Shown here in pieces: positions 8,505-15,747 of a DNA stretch of 32,000 nt. The stretch is from Candidatus Saccharimonadota bacterium (lineage in GTDB: Bacteria; Patescibacteriota; Saccharimonadia; Saccharimonadales; UBA4665). The translations under genes were made by a program, and so were the position numbers. Location: the NCBI GenBank assembly GCA_016699955.1, contig CP064993.1, positions 360,001 to 392,000 on the forward strand, given 5' to 3'. The notes beneath the pieces were generated by a model that saw only the letters and a list, made by a program, of their open reading frames with translations, had not been told where the DNA came from and searched no databases. Position 1 is the first letter of the stretch, and every line of letters starts with the position of its first letter.

Positions 8505-8519
8505 GAGCTTATTGTAACA
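8261..8519. repeat. Direct repeat copy 1 (5' part of paralog A plus its start region)
   Basis: Aligns without indels to 10087-10345 (offset 1826) at roughly 90% identity by eye, including a 63-bp perfect run starting at 8269. The central gene parts show no visible nucleotide similarity. Confidence 0.85.
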
Positions 8520-8550
8520 ACCTAGTAGCTCGTAGCCTATGGGGTGAGGG

Positions 8551-8616
8551 TACATTACTGGCAACGCACCGCTGAATAAGCCCCGTGTTGTTTGTGAACA
8601 AGCCCTGAAGTGATCG
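8551..8616 (+). pseudogene. Degenerate duplicated remnant of the GT4 gene 3' end
   Basis: tacattactggcaacgcaccgctgaataagcc..ccgtgttg..gaacaagccctgaagtgatcg aligns to 7831-7893 (tattcttggcgccgcaccgccgaacaaaccc..gccgtgtatgaaaaagccctgaagcgataa). It is followed by the same ctttagta as in copy 1. Confidence 0.6.
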
Positions 8617-8624
8617 CTTTAGTA
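8617..8624. repeat. Target-site duplication, left copy (CTTTAGTA)
   Basis: An identical 8-mer directly flanks both IS ends (8617-8624 and 9726-9733). Removing the IS plus one copy recreates the sequence seen at the paralogous site 7894-7910. Confidence 0.85.
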
Positions 8625-8644
8625 GGCTTAATAACAAAATCTAG
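8625..8644. repeat. IS terminal inverted repeat (left)
   Basis: Exact reverse complement of 9706-9725. It contains the transposase stop codon. Confidence 0.9.
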
Positions 8645-9618
8645 TGTTTTTTCACCCCTGTATCCTCAGAGAATAAACTACAAAGCATCGTAAAAGTGAG
8701 CTGTTTTGAGGCTCTACGATGCTTGATTAGCTTGTCTTTCCAGACACCAAACCTGCCATCTAACGGGCTGGTAGTATTAGCTATTTTCTTGCCTGTTTGG
8801 CATGCGTATTCTTGCAAGTAATCTGCTTGGTAGGTGAATAGGTACGGCAGATTTCTGACGAGGCTAAAGTAGGCTCGTCTGGTACGTTCGTGTGCCCATC
8901 TTTTGGTGACTGGATCCTTCTGTTTGAGCCACTTACCGTGTTTACCGTACCAACCAGCCAGAGCGTCCTCAAACGTCGGCTCGTCCGTTTGGCTGAGCGT
9001 CAAAGCAATAGCTCGTAGCTCAATGTTCTGCGTCAGTCTCGGTTTTTTTGTCAGGCATTGGGTGATGGTCATCAGCTGATGGAACTGGCAATGCTGGACT
9101 GGTATACCTCTCGCTTCAAGCATGTTCCGCACACCGCGTCTACCATCAATTGTTACGGCGATGATACTGTAACCCATAGCTTCAATCGTATCTGTTGAAA
9201 TCTCGTAATCTATGGTTCGCTCGGTGCCCTCAACGACTGCATAATACAGCACGGTGTTTTCACCTTCTTTCTGCTTTGCATATGGATCAATGACTACTAA
9301 TATACCCCAGCTGCCAAAGTAGGTTACATCAATGATGACGGCTACTGTGCGGGGCACTTGAGTGATGAGGGTTGGGGTGTAGGCGTGCAATCGGCTACGA
9401 ATACTGCCTTCGCTTGCTTTGTATTCGCACGCCAAGCTCCGTACGCTGCGACCATCAAAAGCATACTTGTGCCATAGAACATTGAGTCGTCTTCCCGGAC
9501 GTCGAATACTCGTCCATGTGCGGCTACACGCCACGCAGCGATAACGCTGGCGACCATTCTGTAGCCCATGTTTGGTCACGTTGGTACAATTAAAAAACGG
9601 ACAGCTCTTTCGAGTCAT
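8641..9618 (-). CDS. IS transposase (zinc-ribbon + DDE-type)
   Basis: The N-terminal CPFFNCTNVTKHGLQNGRQRYRCVACSRTW is a Cys4 zinc ribbon like IS1/IS1595-family transposases. AAGGAG lies 8 nt upstream of the ATG at 9618, which I prefer to the track start at 9645. Confidence 0.7.
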   Translation of the reverse strand: MTRKSCPFFNCTNVTKHGLQNGRQRYRCVACSRTWTSIRRPGRRLNVLWHKYAFDGRSVRSLACEYKASEGSIRSRLHAYTPTLITQVPRTVAVIIDVTYFGSWGILVVIDPYAKQKEGENTVLYYAVVEGTERTIDYEISTDTIEAMGYSIIAVTIDGRRGVRNMLEARGIPVQHCQFHQLMTITQCLTKKPRLTQNIELRAIALTLSQTDEPTFEDALAGWYGKHGKWLKQKDPVTKRWAHERTRRAYFSLVRNLPYLFTYQADYLQEYACQTGKKIANTTSPLDGRFGVWKDKLIKHRRASKQLTFTMLCSLFSEDTGVKKH

Positions 9619-9705
9619 CTTCGCTACTCCTTGTTTAGTTTGCACTTACAAGAATAACGAGAATTGATGACAATGAAATCTGTCCGTATTAAGCTTTAGC
9701 AACAA

Positions 9706-9725
9706 CTAGATTTTGTTATTAAGCC
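9706..9725. repeat. IS terminal inverted repeat (right)
   Basis: Exact reverse complement of 8625-8644. Confidence 0.9.
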
Positions 9726-9733
9726 CTTTAGTA
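9726..9733. repeat. Target-site duplication, right copy (CTTTAGTA)
   Basis: Identical to 8617-8624. It includes the TAA stop (9728-9730) of paralog B. Confidence 0.85.
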
Positions 9734-10330
9734 ATATTCTCTTTGGGCCGGGCCGGAGCAGCTAATCTCAATAATGTAGTCTCTCGTTACTGAGGCCTGC
9801 CCACTAGAAACTTCTTCGACATACGGCTGACGATAATATATTCCGCACGTTAAATTATTGAATCTATAAATCGTTTTAGCAACGGTTCCTGGGGTACCTT
9901 CCGAGGACTGTTCTGTGAACTCTTTTGTCCAATTTGCTATCGCTTCATGTTTTTGTACTGCCGCCATAACAGACTTGAAGCTATCTAGGGAAATGCCTTG
10001 AAATATTAATTTCTCTTCCACTACGCATATTAGCGCGCCGTCATCAAACTTTTCGGAAATACGGGAACAGTATTTGTTTTTTAACCTTTTAGCACTTGGG
10101 GCGAGTTTGGCGGCTTCATCGACGAAGGTGGCTATTTGTTTTTCTGCATTTTTGTACGTTGTCTTTTCTTTGTATATCAGAGCTTGGCCGACTCCGAAAA
10201 GAAGGCTTATGATTAGGGCTAGTGCAAGGGTTAGTTTAACTATCTTACTGAGACTTTTATACCAGTTCTGTATCTTGGATATAGTATTCGGGGTTTTATT
10301 AGGAAGCTTGGCCGGTTTTAATTTTGGCAT
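9728..10330 (-). CDS. Small N-terminally membrane-anchored 4-Cys protein, paralog B (unknown function)
   Basis: 200 aa from MPKLKPAKLPNK. The first ~80 aa are nearly identical to paralog A, the middle is diverged, and 4 Cys plus the C-terminal IEISCSGPAQREYY are conserved. The track's N-terminal extension overlaps the upstream gene. Confidence 0.6.
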   Translation of the reverse strand: MPKLKPAKLPNKTPNTISKIQNWYKSLSKIVKLTLALALIISLLFGVGQALIYKEKTTYKNAEKQIATFVDEAAKLAPSAKRLKNKYCSRISEKFDDGALICVVEEKLIFQGISLDSFKSVMAAVQKHEAIANWTKEFTEQSSEGTPGTVAKTIYRFNNLTCGIYYRQPYVEEVSSGQASVTRDYIIEISCSGPAQREYY

Positions 10331-10345
10331 GAGCTTATTGTAACA
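10087..10345. repeat. Direct repeat copy 2 (5' part of paralog B plus its start region)
   Basis: See 8261-8519. Confidence 0.85.
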
Positions 10346-10352
10346 GTATTTG

Positions 10353-13340
10353 CTATGTTTTTTGGCGGCGCAAGACCACGAGTAATAAAACCAGCCCGGC
10401 GGCAACAAAACCGGCCAAAGCATATGCAAGCGCGGATTTACTTTTTGTGGTTGTGCTGTCTGCTGTTTTTGTCAGCTTGGCGGGCATTTTAGTGGTGCCA
10501 CTCAGTACCATGGGTTCAGGTTGGGTAGTGCTGTCCTCGGTCGATGTCGGAGCACGATAAGGAGTCAAGGCATATCCGTAGTTTGGCGGCAGACTTCCGG
10601 CTATACGCATTGCAGTGGCAAGCTGGTTATTCGGTGGACTAGTTGGGGTGTTTGACGGTAGGGCCCCGCTGTCCTTTTTTGTCTGGGATGAGTTATTTTC
10701 CTCTGGGCTATTTACTTGGGGTGGTACGAAAAGCGCAATAATACCCTGCTGGTTTGATTCGTTATTGTCTTCGGTAGAGTCAAATGAAATCGGGCTCTCT
10801 GGCGGAAGGTCGGGTATAAGATCTGCAACAACCGCTACACCGCGTAGTTCTCCGTCACAGGCATCGTCAACTCTATCTCCGTCTACATCGACTCCTGACG
10901 AGCTAACGAGCTGGCAAGCTTCCTGGTTGTTTTTTACACCATCGCCGTCAAAATCTTCTGCCTCTTCTGCCACAAAAACTACTTCTCGCAAATCTACAGG
11001 CGTGCCGTCTGCGGCGATACCGTACACATCAAACGTATGAAATCCGACCAACGGATCGCTTGGGACTTCAAAGGTTATGGCGGTGTTTTCATCATACGCC
11101 CCCTCAAATAGTGTAACTGGCTCCGAACGCAGAACTCCCTTGACTGGAGCTCCTTGTTTAAGTACCCCTTTCGGAATATTGGTTGTGTACTTACTATCTT
11201 TTTGTAGAACTTTTACGCCACCGTCCGACCACTTGATCGCTTCAGTGTGGCGTTGCTGCTCAGGTGCGTGCACAACGTTTTTAAGGAGCGCGCTCGTATA
11301 GTCCAGGCTTGGTTTGTTATTGGCGCGAGGTGCTGGCATAGGTGCGGTAAGGTTGGTTGTGCTCGAGAGTACTTTCTGCGCGAGCAGTTTGTGGCCAAAT
11401 ATCGTGGGGTGATAGCTTTCGTTAGCAATACCTAGCGTATGTGAATATGTTTTCCCGGCAGCATGAGCCTGCATTGTCACCCCTTTATCGTCACCAGCAG
11501 TTAGGCCATTTACACCCGCCGAGTCTTTGGGAGCCTCACAAAGACGATATCCATTCAGGGCGCTTTCTGTGTCGACATAGTACACGCCAGCTTCTGCCGC
11601 AGCCCGTTTAATAACAGAGTTTAGGTAGATTATAAGCTGCGCTCCAAACTTAACCTCTGCAGCGTTGAAGTGCACATTTGCGCCGCAATTTCCGCCCTCC
11701 TTAAAGATTTGGGGATAGCCTACCACGTACACGCGCGCACCGCCACTCTCTGTGCTAACGCTTTTGTATGTTTTTACCAAACGGTCATATTGGCCAAGTA
11801 TTTGCTGCATAAGCTGAACGCGGTCTTCGTAATACTGGTAGCACGTACCGGCAATATCACCGGCAACACAGGTAGTTAGAATCTTTGCAAATGCGATGTC
11901 ATTGCCTCCGACGGAGAGGAGAACGGTGCGAGGTTTGTATTCGCGAGCGAAGATAGTTTGTTGGGCGTAACCAGGAGAAAAGCTTTTAAATATTAGTTCT
12001 TTTTCGTTGTCCAGCCTATCCTGCCAGGTTTTATCGTCTTGACCCAAATACTCACTTTCTTTACTTATACGAGTTTCCGGGTTTATTTCGGGGTCCCCCG
12101 CGGCCATTGTCACGTCAAGCATTTTTGCCCCAGAGCAAGCGACGGAGCGACCGTAAGGAAATTGTTTTGCTCCAATGCGGTAGGGGTAAGAGTAGTAGGA
12201 GACGTGGCATTTGTTTTGCTTCGTGTCGGTGCCGGCAAAAAATGTGCCGGTTGCACCTTCGCCTGAAATATACGAGTCACCCATACCCAAAAGCCCTACG
12301 TATTCTCGCGGGGTTTCTTTGGGCATGGTTACGCTGTAGCGGGCCACTTTAAAACTTGTCGTACTCGTGCGGTCATAAACGGTGTCAAAGGTGAGTGTGT
12401 TTTTGTCTAAAAACCGAATGCGGCGGGGGTACTCGGCCGTCGGTAAGACATCACGAAGGCCACGGGTATTCCCGGTGCGATACTGGCCACTCCACAGATC
12501 TTTATACTCACAGTCATTATGCGCAACAAGCGCGTCGTTGAGATCATATTGGTCACGGCAACTTTCTGTATCGTAGACCCGTAGTACTGGGTGTTTTGTT
12601 CCGTCATTTTCGGTTTTTGTAAACGCAATTGCTAAATATCTCCCATCATCTGTAATGGCAGTGTTGTTCGTTTTCGTAAAGTTATCTACGGAAGGCGCGT
12701 ACGTTTCAATATCCCAGGCCAGATATTTGAGCTTTTTGTTGTTGATATCAAATCGCACAAGCCCACGACTCCCCGCCACTGCAGAGAACCATTGGCCGTT
12801 ATTGGAATACGCCAAATCGCCGCTAATCGATGCCAGGACTGTGTTATTAGCCAGTGGTCTTACGGCATAAGAAAACAGCCCTTTATACGTGTAGTATGTC
12901 CCGAGGTTATTGTTAATATAATTTAGGGCGCTCGGATTGTACGTTCCGAGGGCTATCGTTGCGCCCGAAGCCGTATAATATCTCGTAAATATCAGCTCGG
13001 GGTGATTGGGGACGCTAGGCTGAACAAAACCACCGGGGTTAACTTCGTATCGGTACGCGCCGTTTGGCCCATCAATAAGTTCTTGGTCGCCGGTTGCAAG
13101 GGTGCCTATGGGGGTCTTGTACCCACATCGTGGGGCTGGATAGCCGCTTGAGGGCGGCAAAATCGTGCAATCTACGCTCGTACTCAGTGGCTCAGTGTTT
13201 GCTGGGAGCTCTTTGGTTTTTGTAATAAGTGGCTCGGTGTTACTAAGCCACTCTGGACGACTTGGTGACACAGCGGACACAAAACCACCCAAAAAAAGAA
13301 GTAAGCTGAGACAGACTGCCGCCGAGTAATAACGCTTCAT
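10353..13340 (-). CDS. Large secreted SGNH/GDSL-family hydrolase with thrombospondin-type-3-like Asp-rich repeats, Pro/Ser/Thr-rich stalk and C-terminal membrane anchor
   Basis: Signal peptide MKRYYSAAVCLSLLLFLGGFVSAVSP, taking the ATG at 13340. SGNH block I is LGMGDSYISGEG, block III is SVGGNDIAF and the block V-like motif is NESYHPTIFGH. Also has DFDGDGVKNN...VDVDGDRVDDACD and the C-terminal LAYALAGFVAAGLVLLLVVLRRQKT. Confidence 0.7.
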   Translation of the reverse strand: MKRYYSAAVCLSLLLFLGGFVSAVSPSRPEWLSNTEPLITKTKELPANTEPLSTSVDCTILPPSSGYPAPRCGYKTPIGTLATGDQELIDGPNGAYRYEVNPGGFVQPSVPNHPELIFTRYYTASGATIALGTYNPSALNYINNNLGTYYTYKGLFSYAVRPLANNTVLASISGDLAYSNNGQWFSAVAGSRGLVRFDINNKKLKYLAWDIETYAPSVDNFTKTNNTAITDDGRYLAIAFTKTENDGTKHPVLRVYDTESCRDQYDLNDALVAHNDCEYKDLWSGQYRTGNTRGLRDVLPTAEYPRRIRFLDKNTLTFDTVYDRTSTTSFKVARYSVTMPKETPREYVGLLGMGDSYISGEGATGTFFAGTDTKQNKCHVSYYSYPYRIGAKQFPYGRSVACSGAKMLDVTMAAGDPEINPETRISKESEYLGQDDKTWQDRLDNEKELIFKSFSPGYAQQTIFAREYKPRTVLLSVGGNDIAFAKILTTCVAGDIAGTCYQYYEDRVQLMQQILGQYDRLVKTYKSVSTESGGARVYVVGYPQIFKEGGNCGANVHFNAAEVKFGAQLIIYLNSVIKRAAAEAGVYYVDTESALNGYRLCEAPKDSAGVNGLTAGDDKGVTMQAHAAGKTYSHTLGIANESYHPTIFGHKLLAQKVLSSTTNLTAPMPAPRANNKPSLDYTSALLKNVVHAPEQQRHTEAIKWSDGGVKVLQKDSKYTTNIPKGVLKQGAPVKGVLRSEPVTLFEGAYDENTAITFEVPSDPLVGFHTFDVYGIAADGTPVDLREVVFVAEEAEDFDGDGVKNNQEACQLVSSSGVDVDGDRVDDACDGELRGVAVVADLIPDLPPESPISFDSTEDNNESNQQGIIALFVPPQVNSPEENNSSQTKKDSGALPSNTPTSPPNNQLATAMRIAGSLPPNYGYALTPYRAPTSTEDSTTQPEPMVLSGTTKMPAKLTKTADSTTTKSKSALAYALAGFVAAGLVLLLVVLRRQKT

Positions 13341-13365
13341 TAGTTCTCTCAATTATTTGAGCATT

Positions 13366-13394
13366 ATTTTACTCTTTTTTAGTGTGTTATGCAA
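13366..13394 (-). promoter_or_regulatory. Sigma70-like promoter TTGCAT-17nt-TAAAAT upstream of the SGNH hydrolase gene
   Basis: On the minus strand TTGCAT is at 13394-13389 and TAAAAT at 13371-13366, 25 nt upstream of the ATG at 13340. Confidence 0.4.
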
Positions 13395-13464
13395 GTTAGT
13401 TATATGGCTACGCCAAACTTGTCGCGCCAAGTGTTACTGCGCGTGATACGTTGTCGAGGATATT

Positions 13465-13938
13465 CTACGCTGCGGGGCTAATGACGATGTGGCGGTCGCG
13501 GCCTTCGCCAACTGAATCACTCACCAGTCCGGCCTCTGAAGCGACCCTGTGTACAGTACGACGGTCAGCGGCATTCATCGGCTTTACTTCGTAGGGCTCA
13601 CCGGTTTCTTGCACATGCTTGACCCAGTCTTCGGCAGCGCTCGCTAGCCGATCGGCACGTTGTTTTTTGTACTCGGCTACGTCGACATTGACACGGCACA
13701 TGGCAAAGTTTTGGTTCTTGAGAGCGCTACTGACAAGAAACTGCATGGAGCGCATGGTCTCTCCGCGTTGACCAATCAAGAAGCCGTTGAGGTGCGTAGA
13801 GGGAATGTTCAATTCAATTACTTCATTGTCCTCGGTAGTGGCATAGACGTCAGTATTTAGCCCAAAAAATGAAAGTATATCCTCTAGGTATTTTTTTGCG
13901 TACTGAATTGCTGCTTCAACATCTTCGTTCATAGTCAC
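13465..13938 (-). CDS. jag: Jag/KhpB-type RNA-binding protein (KH + R3H domains)
   Basis: IGQRGETMRSMQFL (KH-like), the C-terminal R3H segment MNAADRRTVHRVASEAGLVSDSVGEGRDRHIVISP, and the conserved position after yidC. Confidence 0.85.
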   Translation of the reverse strand: MTMNEDVEAAIQYAKKYLEDILSFFGLNTDVYATTEDNEVIELNIPSTHLNGFLIGQRGETMRSMQFLVSSALKNQNFAMCRVNVDVAEYKKQRADRLASAAEDWVKHVQETGEPYEVKPMNAADRRTVHRVASEAGLVSDSVGEGRDRHIVISPAA

Positions 13939-14936
13939 CTCCGTTTCTTTTTAGCTTTTTTGGAGGCCTTGCTGCGTATTTGTTTTGTTGAGGTTGCGAC
14001 TACTGCTTCAGGGGTTGAGGATATGGTGACCTTACTGCCGTTTTTTGTGGTACGAACCGGTTTATTGTCTTGGCTGGGCTTCGCTTTTTTGGTTGGAATT
14101 TTATCATCAGCTGACTCGGCCGCTTCAACAAGCCGGTCGGCGTCGTCGTTAAGTGCTCTACGCTGTTGCAAGTACGCAACCAGCCCGCCAACAAACCAGT
14201 AAAGGCTGAGTGCGGCTGCAAGGTTAATCGTAAAGAAAAATACCATAAATGGAATAACGTACACCATGCCACGCCCGACGGCAGCGCTCACCTCGGCCTG
14301 ATCGGCCTGCTGTCCTTCACCGGCAGCCCTGAGTATGTGCCGCAGCTTTCGCGCCTCTTTGTCCGACGGCATTAGCTGGCGACTCGTCAGGAACTGGATA
14401 CCGGCACTGAGGAACACCAAGAGCAGCGCCGGGAAATATATGCCCGTTTTGCTGACAGCAGCTTTCGAAAGGTCAACTATCCCAAAGAGTGAGTTGTCAA
14501 ATGCTTTGATGTTTTCTGCGAGATGCTGCATCCATGGTAGATGCTGAAATGGTGCATAGGCGAACTGTACGATTTGGTTGGGGTCTTTAATGACCTTAAT
14601 TAGCCCAATATAGAGGCCGATTAGTACAACCATTTGCACAATAAGTGTTGGGAACATACCAAACGGGTTAACACCGCGTTCTTTGTACAACTCCATCATC
14701 ATGCGGCCTTCAAGTTGGCGGTCGCCTTTAGCCTCTTTCTTAATCCGCTTTAGTTCTGGTTGAAGTTGGCGCGTAATTTTAGTTTGACGCAGTTGTTTTT
14801 TGACAAGCGGCCACATAAGAAGCCGGATGACAACGGTAAACAAAATAATTGCCAAACCAAAATTGTGCCCAGGTATAAGCGCGTAGATGAGTACGAGCAA
14901 ATTAAAGATTGGTTGAACAACGAACTCAGTAAACAT
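13935..14936 (-). CDS. yidC: YidC/Oxa1-family membrane protein insertase
   Basis: Multi-pass protein with PLVKKQLRQTKITRQLQPELKRIKKEAKGD and MMELYKERGVNPFG motifs and a Lys-rich C-terminal tail. The rnpA-yidC-jag synteny is present. Confidence 0.9.
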   Translation of the reverse strand: MFTEFVVQPIFNLLVLIYALIPGHNFGLAIILFTVVIRLLMWPLVKKQLRQTKITRQLQPELKRIKKEAKGDRQLEGRMMMELYKERGVNPFGMFPTLIVQMVVLIGLYIGLIKVIKDPNQIVQFAYAPFQHLPWMQHLAENIKAFDNSLFGIVDLSKAAVSKTGIYFPALLLVFLSAGIQFLTSRQLMPSDKEARKLRHILRAAGEGQQADQAEVSAAVGRGMVYVIPFMVFFFTINLAAALSLYWFVGGLVAYLQQRRALNDDADRLVEAAESADDKIPTKKAKPSQDNKPVRTTKNGSKVTISSTPEAVVATSTKQIRSKASKKAKKKRR

Positions 14937-15323
14937 TTACTCCCCTTTGTCTTCTACTATACCACGATTCGTCTTCGGTCGACCACTAGCTTGCGCTTTT
15001 GACAACAAATTGGCTAACTCGCGCTTGAGAGACTTTGCTGACATGGTGGCAAGCGACGCGTCAAACACTGTTATAAGTAGCTCGACTCCTTTGAGGTGTA
15101 CGCCGTAATCCGTGCGAAGCAGCTCGTAAAGACGGCGGCGAATGCGGTTGCGTACAACGGCAGATTTATGCACTTTTTTGCTAACAACTACAGCAGCACG
15201 AAATAACTGGTCGGTCTCGGTGCGGTAGCGCAACCCGAGTAGTCTTGTTCGGGAGCCCGCTCCATGTTTATACAGCCGTTGGATATCCCGGCTGCCTCGA
15301 AAGCGATGATTACTAGCAAGCAC
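14937..15323 (-). CDS. rnpA: Ribonuclease P protein component
   Basis: Small basic protein (RFRGSRDIQRLYKHG, VVVSKKVHKSAVVRNRIRRRL) located between rpmH and yidC. Confidence 0.85.
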   Translation of the reverse strand: MLASNHRFRGSRDIQRLYKHGAGSRTRLLGLRYRTETDQLFRAAVVVSKKVHKSAVVRNRIRRRLYELLRTDYGVHLKGVELLITVFDASLATMSAKSLKRELANLLSKAQASGRPKTNRGIVEDKGE

Positions 15324-15339
15324 TGCCCTGTGCTCCGAC

Positions 15340-15477
15340 CTAGTGCGTTAGCCGCGTACGGCCTTTGATACGACGTCGTTGCAAGACGGCGCGTCCGGCT
15401 TTGGTTGCCATGCGCTTCATAAAGCCATGCACTTTTGCGCGGTGGCGTTTTTTTGGCTGATAGGTTCGTTTTGGCAT
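15340..15477 (-). CDS. rpmH: 50S ribosomal protein L34 (below the ORF-track length cutoff)
   Basis: Manual translation of the minus strand gives [45 protein letters not shown] (45 aa). ATG is at 15477-15475 and TAG at 15342-15340. Confidence 0.92.
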   Translation of the reverse strand: MPKRTYQPKKRHRAKVHGFMKRMATKAGRAVLQRRRIKGRTRLTH

Positions 15478-15747
15478 ATGCTTTTTCCCTTTATTCCTTT
15501 ACCATACAGTATACCATGGAGCGATTTGCCGCCCAGATCACTGGCTATATTTGCTATTCGCGTCATAGTATAGCAAAGTTATCCCCCCTTTCCCAGTATT
15601 ATCCACAGAATCTAAGGTGTTAACACGCCCTGTGGATAAGTTGTTCTCTTTTGAAGCGTTTTATATTTGACAAAATAGTTGTAGAAAATGCTGTGGAAAA
15701 CTAGGTAGGAGTTAGCGTATAGTTATACACAGAAATTGGAGTGTAAC
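15478..15747. other. oriC part 1 (rpmH-dnaA spacer) with DnaA boxes
   Basis: TTATCCACA at 15599-15607 (perfect) and TGTGGATAA at 15631-15639 (perfect, inverted). TGTGGAAAA at 15692-15700, TTATACACA at 15723-15731 and the weaker TTATCCCCC at 15579-15587. Confidence 0.75.

Larger units (their letters stand above)
8625..9725 (-). mobile_element. Intact 1101-bp insertion sequence (single DDE-type transposase with N-terminal zinc ribbon; IS1595/IS1-like by size and 8-bp duplication)
   Basis: Perfect terminal inverted repeats GGCTTAATAACAAAATCTAG (8625-8644) and CTAGATTTTGTTATTAAGCC (9706-9725), an 8-bp TSD, and one 325-aa ORF filling the element. Confidence 0.85.

Noticed and set aside
7894-10346. 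Repeated segments considered as a possible CRISPR or other short-repeat array.
   Set aside because: There are only two copies, each hundreds of bp long and lying in coding sequence. They are explained by the tandem gene duplication. No short regularly spaced repeats occur anywhere in the window.
10353-10450. LPXTG-type sortase signal at the C-terminus of the SGNH protein.
   Set aside because: A hydrophobic helix and basic tail are present, but no LPXTG, LAXTG or NPQTN-like motif lies within ~40 aa upstream.
13423-13443. Possible terminator hairpin after jag (CGCGC ... GCGCG, 5-bp stem, 11-nt loop).
   Set aside because: The stem is short, the loop is large, and no U-tract follows on the minus strand.
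15379-15623. ORFs 15379-15573 and 15435-15623 (+) in the rpmH/oriC region.
   Set aside because: They overlap the clear rpmH gene on the opposite strand and then run through the DnaA-box spacer. There is no SD and no recognisable sequence.
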